This document shows, one piece after another, positions 1 to 9,601 of a stretch of 64,000 nucleotides of DNA (its first letter is position 1; each line of letters begins with the position of its first letter). Source of the DNA: a virus (lineage: Duplodnaviria; Heunggongvirae; Uroviricota; Caudoviricetes). The notes below the pieces were generated by a model. That model did not search any database and was not told the DNA's origin. It was given only the letters and a program-made list of their open reading frames with translations. The stretch covers positions 56,566 through 120,565 of the IMG/VR virus record IMGVR_UViG_3300043788_000176; one strand, 5' to 3'. A program made the position numbers and the translations under genes.

Positions 1-2
1 AC

Positions 3-398
3 CGCTGGACCGAGACTCAATCGCTCTCCGAATCGCGCGTGCAACTTTTCGCTGGTCGGCCTCGGGCTAAGATCGTGACGGTGCCGTGGACGGACTGGGC
101 CAACTTTGTTGACACCGTCGAGGCGATGGACCTGCTGCTCTACGCGTCGTTCGATGAGGCGTTCGGCATGGTTCCAGCTGACGGGATCGCGGTCGGCGTG
201 CCCAGCGTCACCAGCGGTGCGCTGGAGTGGACGCCGCACACTTGGCAGGCACCTAATGTGTGGGACCCGGCGAGCCTGACAACCGTTGGGCTGGCGCTGC
301 TGAACGGCCGCCTCGGTGCGGTCCAAGCTGGTCAAGCCGCGCTAGAGGACTACGTCGCGATGGGCACGAAGCGCTGGATTGACTATTTAACCGCCTAA
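3..398 (+). CDS. glycosyltransferase family 1, C-terminal fragment (5' end outside window)
   Basis: ORF is open to the window edge. Motif LLLYASFDEAFGMVPADGIAVGVP matches the GT1 C-terminal E-x-F-G signature. Confidence 0.4.
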   Translation, partial: RWTETQSLSESRVQLFAGRPRAKIVTVPWTDWANFVDTVEAMDLLLYASFDEAFGMVPADGIAVGVPSVTSGALEWTPHTWQAPNVWDPASLTTVGLALLNGRLGAVQAGQAALEDYVAMGTKRWIDYLTA

Positions 399-412
399 AA
401 AGGAAGACGACG

Positions 413-1504
413 ATGCCGATCCAGATGCGCAATCACCTTGCGCTGCACTCAAATTTCAAAAGGATACTAGCGCCGTCTGGATTGGCGGACGCCCAGCCCT
501 TTGCCTGGAAAGTTCCCGACCTCTGCAAAGCCTATGGCTGGCCGACGAACCTCGCCGGGGGCGGAGAGGTCGCGATCATCGAACTTGGCGGCGGCCGGCT
601 TGATTCTGACACCGACAAGTTCTGTCAGACTTACGGGGTGCCTGTGCCAAGCGTTACCGACATCTCGGTTGACGGCACGGTGAACAGCCCAGGCATCTCC
701 GATGCCGACGCCGAGGTGGCGCTAGATACCCAAGTCGTTGCAGCGGCGGTAGGAGGCGCTACCGGCATGCCAGCCAACATCTTCATGTACTGGTCACAGG
801 ACATCGCCTCTGCGGTGACGAGGGCCGCTGATGACGGTCGCGACGTTTGCTCGATCAGTTGGGGGGCAGACGAGAGCGCGTGGGGAGATGCTGCGCTCGC
901 ACAGATGGAAGCGGCGCTGCTCTACGCGACATCTAAAGGGATGGTCGTTCTGGTCGCGAGCGGCGACAACGACGCAGATGACGGCGGGGGCATGACAGGC
1001 GTGGACGCGCCAGCGTCGTGCCCGCACGCCATTGCCTGCGGGGGAACCAATAAGTTTCCGAATCAGGTCGAGAAGGTGTGGAACGACAACCCCGGTAACG
1101 TGGCCGGCGAGGGAACTGGGGGCGGGTTTTCGGCTTATTTCCCGGTTCAGGCGTGGCAATTGGGTCGCGCGCAGACGCCGCCCAAGGGGTTGGGTCGCAT
1201 GGTCTCGGATGTAGCGGCAGTTGCCGATCCCGCAACGGGTTGTCTCGTTGTCATTGCTGGGCAGGTCGAGATCATCGGCGGGACGAGCGCGGTGGCTCCC
1301 CTCTATGCGGGGCTGATCGCTTCCTGTGGGCGCAAGCTCGGCTGGATCACGCCAACGCTGTGGGCAAACCCGAGTTGCTTCGTCAAGGTGCCAGAGGGGA
1401 ACAACGGAGTCTACGGTGGGTTGGTGTGCTGTGGTCTCGGTCGGCCACGCGCGAGGATGCTCGCAACACTGCTGGCGGAGGGGCGTCCCGTCATCGCGGG
1501 CTAG
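413..1504 (+). CDS. sedolisin-like serine-carboxyl peptidase (MEROPS S53)
   Basis: EVALDTQ (S53 Glu/Asp catalytic motif) plus GGTSAVAPLYAG serine motif. No subtilisin HGT motif and no long propeptide. Confidence 0.5.
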   Translation: MPIQMRNHLALHSNFKRILAPSGLADAQPFAWKVPDLCKAYGWPTNLAGGGEVAIIELGGGRLDSDTDKFCQTYGVPVPSVTDISVDGTVNSPGISDADAEVALDTQVVAAAVGGATGMPANIFMYWSQDIASAVTRAADDGRDVCSISWGADESAWGDAALAQMEAALLYATSKGMVVLVASGDNDADDGGGMTGVDAPASCPHAIACGGTNKFPNQVEKVWNDNPGNVAGEGTGGGFSAYFPVQAWQLGRAQTPPKGLGRMVSDVAAVADPATGCLVVIAGQVEIIGGTSAVAPLYAGLIASCGRKLGWITPTLWANPSCFVKVPEGNNGVYGGLVCCGLGRPRARMLATLLAEGRPVIAG

Positions 1505-1905
1505 GTTTCTAACTCTGTCTTCTCCGGCGGCTCCAGTTGCCAGCCGGGCACCTCAATCTCCTCAAGAATTTGCGCGATAACTACTCCGGGCTGACGCGCC
1601 AGCAGTATCCCCGATCGGGGGCTTTGATAACTCTTGACGACCGCCGCACACCGATCGCGCTCCTCGGCGACCGCGAGTCGCCTGATGTCTTCTGGTGACT
1701 GAAGCGCGCGGCCAGTCCACCACGGAGCGAGCCTTATCCATTTCTCGCGCTCCTCGGCAACTGCGGCCACGATCGCCGCCGCAATCTCGTCGAATTCAAA
1801 CCAGCTTTGCGATGGCAACGGCTTATCGTCAGGGTGATTCAGCCATCGCTCTAAGCCCCGTTGACGCGCATCCCTGATCAGCAACTCGGCATCTTCGCGA
1901 GTCAT
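1501..1905 (-). CDS. hypothetical protein
   Basis: 134-aa ORF convergent on the S53 gene with a 4-nt overlap. No recognisable motif. Confidence 0.3.
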   Translation of the reverse strand: MTREDAELLIRDARQRGLERWLNHPDDKPLPSQSWFEFDEIAAAIVAAVAEEREKWIRLAPWWTGRALQSPEDIRRLAVAEERDRCAAVVKSYQSPRSGILLARQPGVVIAQILEEIEVPGWQLEPPEKTELET

Positions 1906-2074
1906 GGCGCATCCTCCGGCGCCGGCTGCGCACTCCCAGCATCATCGCAGCATGACGCAATCCCGCTGCCCTGGCATTCGGGACACGGGAGTTCCTGCGT
2001 CACAACAAACGAACCGTCTTCCGACCTGACTCGCACGACGGGGAACTTACCGCGACCGAAGCAGAGAGGGCAGA

Positions 2075-2413
2075 TCACGGCTTAATCTCTACCCACGTGC
2101 TGCCCTGATACGTTGCGGGCTTGTAGCTATCCGTTGCCGGATCGAACTTCTCGATGTTACATGTAATCTGTGTCCAGTACACGAGCTTATTATCATTTGT
2201 TATCCAGCGCGGCCAACAGCCGCCAAATGACGTAAACCGTTTACCTCTAGGTAGAGTTATTTCAATCTCTCTTTGACCTTGGTTCAGCGGGGTGTGCTCA
2301 TCTATAAACTTGTACATTTTTGCGCTTGGCTGATAGGATGCCTCCCAGTTGCTGGCAGCTACTCCGGCCGCGAAAATTACTGGCGCGTACAGCCAAAATC
2401 GGTTGAGCTTCAC
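2075..2413 (-). CDS. secreted hypothetical protein in an AT-rich islet
   Basis: N-terminal signal peptide MKLNRFWLYAPVIFAAGVAAS. The local sequence is visibly AT-richer than its flanks. Confidence 0.4.
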   Translation of the reverse strand: MKLNRFWLYAPVIFAAGVAASNWEASYQPSAKMYKFIDEHTPLNQGQREIEITLPRGKRFTSFGGCWPRWITNDNKLVYWTQITCNIEKFDPATDSYKPATYQGSTWVEIKP

Positions 2414-2847
2414 CGCCCCTTCTCCCGCGCGATCTCGGCGTCGTTAAGGTGATCTACCTCGGCCGAGGTCATGTTGACGCGTCTTAGAATCCATTCCGCC
2501 TTCCTCATGTTCCGATACCGCGCCGCGCCGCGCAGCAGATCGTCGATGCGCGCGACTATGGACCAACTGGGCGGGAGGCATGGACTGTCCGGTCTCCCGC
2601 GTAGAAGCCAATATCCGTCTTCTCGGAGCCGGATCGGGAATTCAGCATCACTGTCGGATGAGCGCATCCAATACCAGCCCGGCTCCGGGTTCGCGTCGTC
2701 AGTCATGGTACCATTCGCGGAATCTGATGGTGCATGACGACGCCGATGATGGCGCATGCCGATGCGCAAAGCAGCGAAAACGGCACAAGGACGTTTAGCC
2801 CGACCAAGTAGTCGAAGACGGCGAACGCCACGGAACCGACAGCGCAC
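2410..2847 (-). CDS. hypothetical protein
   Basis: 145-aa ORF whose stop overlaps the downstream start (operon-like ATGA junction). Confidence 0.3.
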   Translation of the reverse strand: MRCRFRGVRRLRLLGRAKRPCAVFAALRIGMRHHRRRHAPSDSANGTMTDDANPEPGWYWMRSSDSDAEFPIRLREDGYWLLRGRPDSPCLPPSWSIVARIDDLLRGAARYRNMRKAEWILRRVNMTSAEVDHLNDAEIAREKGR

Positions 2848-2895
2848 ACCGCCATGAGATCGCGGTCGCGCCGGGGATTCTTCGATTTGAACATC

Positions 2896-3261
2896 TCAGT
2901 CGTCCTCATGGGTTTTGAGAGCATCACGCATCGCTTGGTCTGGGCTGCGGGCGACAAAGGCGGCGGCCAATTCTATTACATCTATTTTGTAGAGTTTCTG
3001 AAAGGTTTCGATGCCAACACTATGGCTCTGTGAGTGGTGCGCCGAACAAAGACTCAAGCCAAAGCCTGCCGGTTTGATCCCCATGCCAGAATTAGCTGCG
3101 GTCCGAACGTGAGCAAATTCAATGGGACCGTTCTCGCACCCTGGTACGCAGCATTTGTGCGCCCTTACCCAGCGCTCATGTTTTGGCCATGATCGCGGAG
3201 GTGCTCGCTCGATCCCCGATCGCGGTCGCTCCCGCTTGGGCGGGAGCCGAGTGTGGGTCAT
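2896..3261 (-). CDS. Cys/His zinc-binding HNH-like phage protein
   Basis: CCVPGCEN...IEFAHVR...LCSAHHSQSH Cys/His pattern reminiscent of small phage HNH/zinc-finger proteins. Confidence 0.3.
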   Translation of the reverse strand: MTHTRLPPKRERPRSGIERAPPRSWPKHERWVRAHKCCVPGCENGPIEFAHVRTAANSGMGIKPAGFGLSLCSAHHSQSHSVGIETFQKLYKIDVIELAAAFVARSPDQAMRDALKTHEDD

Positions 3262-3962
3262 TCCCGTAGCTGCCGAAGACCGAAACGGCGGATTTTGGAT
3301 AAATTCCCCAGAGGGGGTGGTCTGCCGCCAACAATTACTGGAACATTAGACGCGATACCCAACTTCCCCAGCGCAGGCGTCATGGCGGTTGCTGTGCCTA
3401 AATCGGCCGTGGGATCGGCCATTGCTTGCATGATTTCGGAGCGACGCCCCTTCGCGGCAGGCTGATCCGCGTTTGCAGCGTTCCCCTTTCTGTCATGGTA
3501 GTTTTTCCGCGTTCTGGCGTTGCGGTCCTCGTCCGCAACCCTTTTTCGCCTATTGGCGGGGCGAATGATTTGGGCGGCGGTCCGCAGAGTAAACCGGAAT
3601 GGCTCCGGCAGGATACCTCGGTCGAACTCAATCAGTGCGATCTGTGCGGACCGCGGCGTCAAATAAATATAGCGCAATCGCTTTTCTGGGTCGGTCCAGC
3701 GAATTGTCCCAAGATCAACCGCGACCCCCCTTGCTGTGGGCATCTTACGTTTGATCGTTTCAGCGATCATGCAGTGTGAACTGTCGCGGCGCACAGAGTA
3801 TTCGATTTCTTCCCGTCCAACTTCAATAGTGAGATGCGGCGAATGCGGTCGCAACCGAGCGCGGCCTTTCGCTTTCGGCACCGGTAGGCTTGGCTGCATT
3901 GGCGGCGCGTCCTGTGGTGACTGCGCCGCCGTCTTTCTGGCGTTCACTTTAGGTGTCTTCAT
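3258..3962 (-). CDS. hypothetical basic protein
   Basis: 234-aa ORF in the leftward early operon. Lys/Arg-rich termini. Confidence 0.3.
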   Translation of the reverse strand: MKTPKVNARKTAAQSPQDAPPMQPSLPVPKAKGRARLRPHSPHLTIEVGREEIEYSVRRDSSHCMIAETIKRKMPTARGVAVDLGTIRWTDPEKRLRYIYLTPRSAQIALIEFDRGILPEPFRFTLRTAAQIIRPANRRKRVADEDRNARTRKNYHDRKGNAANADQPAAKGRRSEIMQAMADPTADLGTATAMTPALGKLGIASNVPVIVGGRPPPLGNLSKIRRFGLRQLRE

Positions 3963-4026
3963 GATGCCGCCCCTCTAGGATGTGGTTAATGCTGGGCTGG
4001 ATGCCACGCTTCCGCGGCGGGCTCGC

Positions 4027-5166
4027 TCATCCTTTCGCCTCCAATTTTCGCATTCTTGCAGTGAAGGCATCGTGCCAGCGCTGATACGCCACGTCGTCTG
4101 AAATTGCTTGGATTACGCGCCCATTCTTGCGCGCAAACGCGTGGCATTCCGCCAAGGTTTGCAACTTCTCGTTAGCCTCGATCAGATCGGTGACGGTTGC
4201 GTTCCAATTCACTGCGCCCGCCAGATCAAGGCGCAGCGGGATTTCGGGAATCTCGACCTCACCAGTCTCGGCAGCCGGCGAGGACGACGAGGGTAGGTCA
4301 GCCTCGTCGTCCTGCGGCGCCTCACGCTCGGATGGGGGTTCGAGCGGAGCTGGGGGATCAGGGAGAATTGGGACGGGCATCGGCGTGCCAGCATCAGCGC
4401 GGCGTGACGCCTCTGCTTCGGTCTCGGCGTACTGTTCCTCAGTTGGTCTGGGTAGTGCGGGCGTGTCGTCGAGGAACGACGTGTCGGTCTTCACCGGCTC
4501 AGGCGGCATGTCCTCGACCAACTCGCGGATCGCCAAACCCATCAGGTCGTCGGCAAACCCATCGCTCGCGGGACGGTGAAATGCGCGCCACTTTAGCATC
4601 CTTTTGGGGTGTTGGGTCCATGGTTGGCGATGCGGGTCCATCCATAGCCGGGCGCGTTTGGCGTCGCCGACCGTGAACTCGCCAACATAAGGCTCGTCTT
4701 GGTCTTTCCGCTTCATCGTGACGCGGACACCAAATCCATCACTGAACTTGCCGGTTTCGGTCGCCGCATCAGGTCGGGGGCCGATCTCCTCGATTTTCAT
4801 CCATTCCAGGTGCCCCTTGTTCTGGATCAGGGCGCTGATCCCGTCCCCAAACACACAGGGAATATTGTTAATTATGCCTATGGTTGAGAGCGCGGTTAGC
4901 GGCGGCAGACCAACCTCGGAGCCTTTCTGAATGCCCATTACGACACGGGCGACTTGGACCTCTTTGGGGTACGGCACGCCTCTGTTCTTGGTGTAGCTGT
5001 CAGGCGCAATCCCCGACAGCAGCACCGCTTCGGCAAACCGCCAAATCTCCTCGATGGTGCGCGGGATGATTGGCGTCGGGTTTCCGCCAGCGACCAACTC
5101 AGCCCGGCGCACGCGATCAATTGCGCGATCGACAGCAATCTCGGTTGAGAGAGGCGTATCGTTCAT
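4027..5166 (-). CDS. recT: RecT-family single-strand annealing protein
   Basis: Central region (GIQKGSEVGLPPLTALSTIGIINNIPCVFGDGISALI ... RLWMDPHRQPWTQHPKRMLKWRAF) resembles RecT/Bet annealases. Acidic Pro-rich C-terminal tail. Next to a putative exonuclease. Confidence 0.55.
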   Translation of the reverse strand: MNDTPLSTEIAVDRAIDRVRRAELVAGGNPTPIIPRTIEEIWRFAEAVLLSGIAPDSYTKNRGVPYPKEVQVARVVMGIQKGSEVGLPPLTALSTIGIINNIPCVFGDGISALIQNKGHLEWMKIEEIGPRPDAATETGKFSDGFGVRVTMKRKDQDEPYVGEFTVGDAKRARLWMDPHRQPWTQHPKRMLKWRAFHRPASDGFADDLMGLAIRELVEDMPPEPVKTDTSFLDDTPALPRPTEEQYAETEAEASRRADAGTPMPVPILPDPPAPLEPPSEREAPQDDEADLPSSSSPAAETGEVEIPEIPLRLDLAGAVNWNATVTDLIEANEKLQTLAECHAFARKNGRVIQAISDDVAYQRWHDAFTARMRKLEAKG

Positions 5167-5480
5167 CGCCGCACCCGGTTGCGAGGGCGCAGATGTATGC
5201 CGCGCCTCTGTAACGCTTCACACGCATCCTCTCCTATGGCATGCACCACCAGGGGGAATCCAAGCGCCACAGCCACAACCGCCATGGCTCCAAGGATCAC
5301 GACTAGCGGCACAAATAACATGCCTATAGGCCATGGAAATACGCCCCAACCTCCAGAAAGTTTCTGGAGTTCCAGCGCCGCAAAATAATCCGCCACCACC
5401 GGGATTGTGATCAAAGCTACTCCTACGACAGTTTCTGTTATTTCGCGGCGGGGCTCGCGGAAGATGTTGGATAGCGCCAT
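5163..5480 (-). CDS. small integral membrane protein
   Basis: Two or three hydrophobic helices (ITIPVVADYF..., MLFVPLVVILGAMAVVAVALGFPLVV). Start overlaps the RecT stop. Confidence 0.35.
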   Translation of the reverse strand: MALSNIFREPRREITETVVGVALITIPVVADYFAALELQKLSGGWGVFPWPIGMLFVPLVVILGAMAVVAVALGFPLVVHAIGEDACEALQRRGIHLRPRNRVRR

Positions 5481-5507
5481 CAGTCGTCTCCCTCTGGAAG
5501 GTTGAGT

Positions 5508-6587
5508 CTAGTACGCCCTGTAAATGAAGTCTTCGTCAGCGAACGTTTCGATCTCGGATAAATCGACCCATGGCGCCTCGCCGAAAACCCGCCAATTTCG
5601 CGCCCAAATATGCTTGGCATCTTCGACCTCAGCTTTGGCGACTTCCATGTACGTCAAGTGCCGATGCGCCACGAATCCTTTCGCAACCGGCGCTGGCCCT
5701 TTCGCACTGAAAACGAACATAAAGGTTGGCTCGGCGGCAACACTTTGCAGAAAGACGGGGCTGACATCGCCGTAGACCAGGCCCGCGTCAATTAGGGTGC
5801 GCGCCTCTCTGGCGGCGTCGAGATAGACACACGCTTGATTAAAATAACGGTACCGGAGCATCGCTTGGGCTATGGCTGTCTTTAGGGGCAACCCACGACT
5901 GTCAAACGATTTAAGATCCGTAATCGCGTTGGTTTTCCAATAGTCCAAGCGCGCCTTCATCGGAACCCCAGTCTCAGGATCGCGCCAGAAAACCGACACC
6001 TCGCTATACCCACCCTTGAAGGCTTTGCCCAACTGCGGATGAGCCTCGATCATGTGCGCCGCCGTCTCGATCTTGCGCACCGTTTTGGCCGAGAGAAACT
6101 CCTTGCCCGCATGGCGCTGCTCATGCGTTTGGAGCAACGATTCCCAGACTTGCGCCTCGGGATCATAGCCAAGCAGCATCTCGATCAACTCGTCCTTGCG
6201 CTTGCCAGAGAACCCCTTTATCGGGCCGCCAGCAGCGACGATCGCCGCCGCGATGTCCTTGTTGGTTTTGAGCGCATCCGGGAAGTCGCGATCGTCGAGC
6301 TTGGTCGCGTACCGAGCGTAGAACGCATCCCGACCCTCCAAGATCATTTTATGATACGCTTTTCCAATTATTTTGGCCTCGCTGTCCTCTTCGTCATCGG
6401 GGTCGTCGTTGAGCGGTGACCTCGACCACCAATCTAGCGGGCTGACCCGCAGCCACTTGATTCCCGAGGCGCTCAAAGCGAGAGCCTGATGGTAATGAGA
6501 CTCATCTAGCCCAAAAAACACACCCGAAGGGTGCACCAACGGGTGCACCACTTCGATCGGCTGGTCGTCAAGCGGGGCTGCGCTCAT
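5508..6587 (-). CDS. putative PD-(D/E)XK exonuclease (RecE/YqaJ-like partner of RecT)
   Basis: Placed immediately upstream of recT in the same operon. D...ITDLKSF D-x-K-like motif and HYHQ/AYHKM His-rich motifs. Assignment is mostly positional. Confidence 0.4.
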   Translation of the reverse strand: MSAAPLDDQPIEVVHPLVHPSGVFFGLDESHYHQALALSASGIKWLRVSPLDWWSRSPLNDDPDDEEDSEAKIIGKAYHKMILEGRDAFYARYATKLDDRDFPDALKTNKDIAAAIVAAGGPIKGFSGKRKDELIEMLLGYDPEAQVWESLLQTHEQRHAGKEFLSAKTVRKIETAAHMIEAHPQLGKAFKGGYSEVSVFWRDPETGVPMKARLDYWKTNAITDLKSFDSRGLPLKTAIAQAMLRYRYFNQACVYLDAAREARTLIDAGLVYGDVSPVFLQSVAAEPTFMFVFSAKGPAPVAKGFVAHRHLTYMEVAKAEVEDAKHIWARNWRVFGEAPWVDLSEIETFADEDFIYRAY

Positions 6588-6972
6588 CTACCTTGGACTC
6601 GACGAGTTGGATTTGCGGGATTTGCTCTGCCTCGCGGTAAGCAATCGCTTGGTCGAACTTCCGCAAGACCCCCCGTTTGGTGCGCCACCAGCGGTTGTTG
6701 TATACGGGTACCCAATATTGGGTCCCGCCACACACCGCGCCCAGATCGTCTAGGGCATCGTTCAGAGCGCGTGGCGCTTTTCCGCGCTCTGGATCGTGCC
6801 GGTTAAATCCAGCCGCCGCATATACGGCACCTAATGCGCAGTAGGACACTGCGCGCGGGTCCGTTGGGGAGCAACCGACCCCATTGGCTCGCCGCGCCAG
6901 CTCACCCTTGCACAAATCGGCCTCAGCGAGGATTACCCGCGCATCACGCAGGATTTGCAGCGCCTCGTCCAT
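6568..6972 (-). CDS. hypothetical protein
   Basis: 134-aa ORF between the AAA ATPase and the exonuclease. Confidence 0.3.
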   Translation of the reverse strand: MDEALQILRDARVILAEADLCKGELARRANGVGCSPTDPRAVSYCALGAVYAAAGFNRHDPERGKAPRALNDALDDLGAVCGGTQYWVPVYNNRWWRTKRGVLRKFDQAIAYREAEQIPQIQLVESKVDERSPA

Positions 6973-6990
6973 TTGATCACCTCCTCTCTG

Positions 6991-8664
6991 TTAGTTGAAT
7001 CGGCCCTCGATCCGAGCCAATCGCTTGTTGACCTCGACGATTCCCTCAACCAAGCGATTGACCTTGGTGTTGACCGAAGGAACCGCGTTGTCGGGGACAT
7101 CGTCGCGACCGATTGCGGTCTGGATGAACCCCGCACTGCTAGCAATATGGCGCGTCCGCAGGTTAGTGTCGCGGACCCCGGTCTCAACTGCCGCCGGGTT
7201 TGCCAGTCCGTCCGCTCCGTTACCGTTGTGCAGGATGGCTTGGAAGCTCTCGACGAACTTTTCGGCGTCGGATTTGTCACCGAGGTTGCGGTTAAGTAAA
7301 CCCAACTGGAATCCCATGCTCTCTGCCGAGATAAACAGGTCGTGGTCGCTCAATTGGTCGGCGTCACGCCCGACCATCGACAGAGTCGCCCGCGATACGC
7401 ACTCCCGGATCGAAGATGGGATTTGCCCGGCAAGCGCTTCGCCAGCTTTGGGCAACGGCAAATCCTGCGGGATCAGGTCGCGAGCATAGAACCGCAATAG
7501 GCGCTCGACGGTTGGGGCGTCGGGGGCTTTGAGCGAGATGATCGCATCGAGACGGCCGGGGCGCAGCATCGCTTGGTGGATTTCGTCAACGTGATTAGTT
7601 GACAGCAGCACCATGACCTCGTCGTCCTTGCCGACAACGCCGGAGATCGTGTTGATCAGATCGTTGGCGTCTTCGTCTCGCTCTTCGGTGATGCGGTCGA
7701 TATCCTCGGCAAACACAACGCACGGCATGTAGCGGCGCGCGAGGTGCAGCGCGGCGGTCAAACCCTGGACCTTGTCGAGCAAAATATAGGTCCACTCGCC
7801 ATGCCGCTGTGCGACGTTGGCTACCATGCGCGCGGTCAAGGACTTGCCGGTGCCAAACCGGCCTTCGAGCAGGACCTTGCGGCCAAGCGGGATTTTACGC
7901 TGGCGGCACGCGTTGGATTTCAGCAATGGCACCAGCAGATTGACCGTGATCTGATCGGTCGTCACGTCATCGAACAAGACCGCCGCCTCGGTGGTGTCCT
8001 CGACATTTAGAAAGTCGGGTCCCTCGGCCAGCATTAGTTGGCCGTTGTCATCGACTTGGATGCTGATCGCCTTGCCGCGATAGATTGATTCCTCGCGGAC
8101 GATGCGGCGGGTTTCCTCGGCGATCCGCAGGATGATCTCGCGATCCTTCTTGGCCACCGTGCCCATGATGACCATACCGGGATGACCCTTGTTGTTGAAA
8201 CTGAACCCGGTGGTGATCTGCTTTTCAACGCCGGGCAACTTGAAGTTCCCCATCGCGACTTGGACGAACTCGCCTGGCCGATACCCAGTTTTGATCGTCA
8301 GCATCTGCGGGTCGGAATACCAAGTGCTGACCGGCGACGACAGCCCGTAAAGGTTGCGGCACGCCTTGGTGAACGCCACCGCAGCGTCGTGCGGGAAAGC
8401 GTCAATCCACTCGAATACCTTGAAATCCTGGTCTTCGTCCTTGATGATGCGGTCGAGGGTTTCGCGCGCGACCGTTAGCGGCATACGCGCCGGATCGGCC
8501 GGCAATTGGATGCGGCGACCGCCCTCAGGCCAGTCCACCGGCACGTCAATCTTGCTCCAATTGGGCTGCTTTTTGCCGGATAGCCGTTCGGCCAATTCCA
8601 GCATGACATCGGCCAGCGCCGCATTTTCCAGCACTGGGGTTTCGGCAACTACTGACTTAGCCAT
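6991..8664 (-). CDS. AAA+ ATPase (classical AAA clade) with a ~270-aa N-terminal domain of unknown function
   Basis: Walker A GRFGTGKS and Walker B VVFAEDID. Second region of homology TNHVDEIHQAMLRPGRLD matches the classical AAA SRH. Confidence 0.7.
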   Translation of the reverse strand: MAKSVVAETPVLENAALADVMLELAERLSGKKQPNWSKIDVPVDWPEGGRRIQLPADPARMPLTVARETLDRIIKDEDQDFKVFEWIDAFPHDAAVAFTKACRNLYGLSSPVSTWYSDPQMLTIKTGYRPGEFVQVAMGNFKLPGVEKQITTGFSFNNKGHPGMVIMGTVAKKDREIILRIAEETRRIVREESIYRGKAISIQVDDNGQLMLAEGPDFLNVEDTTEAAVLFDDVTTDQITVNLLVPLLKSNACRQRKIPLGRKVLLEGRFGTGKSLTARMVANVAQRHGEWTYILLDKVQGLTAALHLARRYMPCVVFAEDIDRITEERDEDANDLINTISGVVGKDDEVMVLLSTNHVDEIHQAMLRPGRLDAIISLKAPDAPTVERLLRFYARDLIPQDLPLPKAGEALAGQIPSSIRECVSRATLSMVGRDADQLSDHDLFISAESMGFQLGLLNRNLGDKSDAEKFVESFQAILHNGNGADGLANPAAVETGVRDTNLRTRHIASSAGFIQTAIGRDDVPDNAVPSVNTKVNRLVEGIVEVNKRLARIEGRFN

Positions 8665-8695
8665 GTCGTCCCCTCTCTTAGGTTGATAGTGAAAA

Positions 8696-9193
8696 TTATT
8701 CTTCGGCGTTGGGTGCGGGCTCGAAACGCGTCGAATCTACATGGTAGACGACGAAGTCGCCGTCCTTGTCCCACTGCCCGATTCGCATGTCCGTGTGGTG
8801 CTGATAATACCGCGAACCTGAGTCACCGTTCCTTCCCGCATTGTCAATGACTGCCTCGGGCAGGATTTCGACGACGATCGAGAGGTTGTTGTCTCCGGCA
8901 TCGCGGTAGAGGCGGCAGGCGGGCTTTTGCCGCACGATCATGCCGACGGCGAACGTGTTGACGATCTGCAGAGAGCGCAGCGCACAGCGGAGGTTCTCGA
9001 TCTCGCCTTCCCGCGAGATTTTCTGTCTCGCGGGCGGCTCATCGTCGTCAACCTCGGCGCTGGCTCTCATCATTTGGATGAATGGGTGGGTCATTTCCGG
9101 CCCCTTTGAGTGATGGTAGGTGATGTTGGCATAACCAACGGCGTTGTGTCTAGCGGAATTTTGTCGGCGTCCCCAACGACCCTGGCGCGGCAT
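8696..9193 (-). CDS. hypothetical protein immediately downstream of cI (alternative start near 9094)
   Basis: Starts 11 nt after the cI stop and precedes the AAA ATPase, forming a cI-proximal two-gene unit. No motif recognised. Confidence 0.35.
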   Translation of the reverse strand: MPRQGRWGRRQNSARHNAVGYANITYHHSKGPEMTHPFIQMMRASAEVDDDEPPARQKISREGEIENLRCALRSLQIVNTFAVGMIVRQKPACRLYRDAGDNNLSIVVEILPEAVIDNAGRNGDSGSRYYQHHTDMRIGQWDKDGDFVVYHVDSTRFEPAPNAEE

Positions 9194-9203
9194 AGTGTCG
9201 CAT

Positions 9204-9542
9204 CTACTCGGCGGCGACCGCCGGTCCGACGCGGGCGCGGATCAGCGCCAGATGCGCTTTGGCCTCGGTCGCAGGAAGCCGTCGGTAACACAGAAGCAAG
9301 GCGGTTTCGTCTTCGGTTGCGGGGTGATTTCCGTTGCCGTTGCCGATCAGCTGATCGGTTGATACTTGGAAAAGCGCGGCCAATGCTGAGAGCGCCTCGC
9401 GACCAGGCAGCATGTGATCGTTTTCCCACCCCGCATAGGTGCTGCGCTTGCGACCGATCGCGGCAGCGACGCGGGCTTGCGTCCAACCAACGTGCAACCG
9501 TAGCTGAGAGAGGGTTTCGCCGAGATGTCGGGGGGTGTTCAT
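9204..9542 (-). CDS. CI-like HTH (XRE family) repressor
   Basis: HTH LSQLRLHVGWTQARVAAAIGRKRSTYAGWENDHMLPGREALSALAALFQVS. Divergent from a Cro-like gene. Start taken at the internal Met (MNTPRHLG). Confidence 0.65.
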   Translation of the reverse strand: MNTPRHLGETLSQLRLHVGWTQARVAAAIGRKRSTYAGWENDHMLPGREALSALAALFQVSTDQLIGNGNGNHPATEDETALLLCYRRLPATEAKAHLALIRARVGPAVAAE

Positions 9543-9601
9543 TATGAACCTATGTAAAAAATCCTTGCACGCCGTCGTTGGAAATGCCAACGATAGGGGT
9601 C
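9543..9601. promoter_or_regulatory. divergent cI/cro promoter-operator region
   Basis: 59-bp intergenic region between divergent HTH genes. Palindrome CGTTGG-N5-CCAACG at 9576-9592. TTGCAC hexamer at 9566-9571. Confidence 0.4.
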
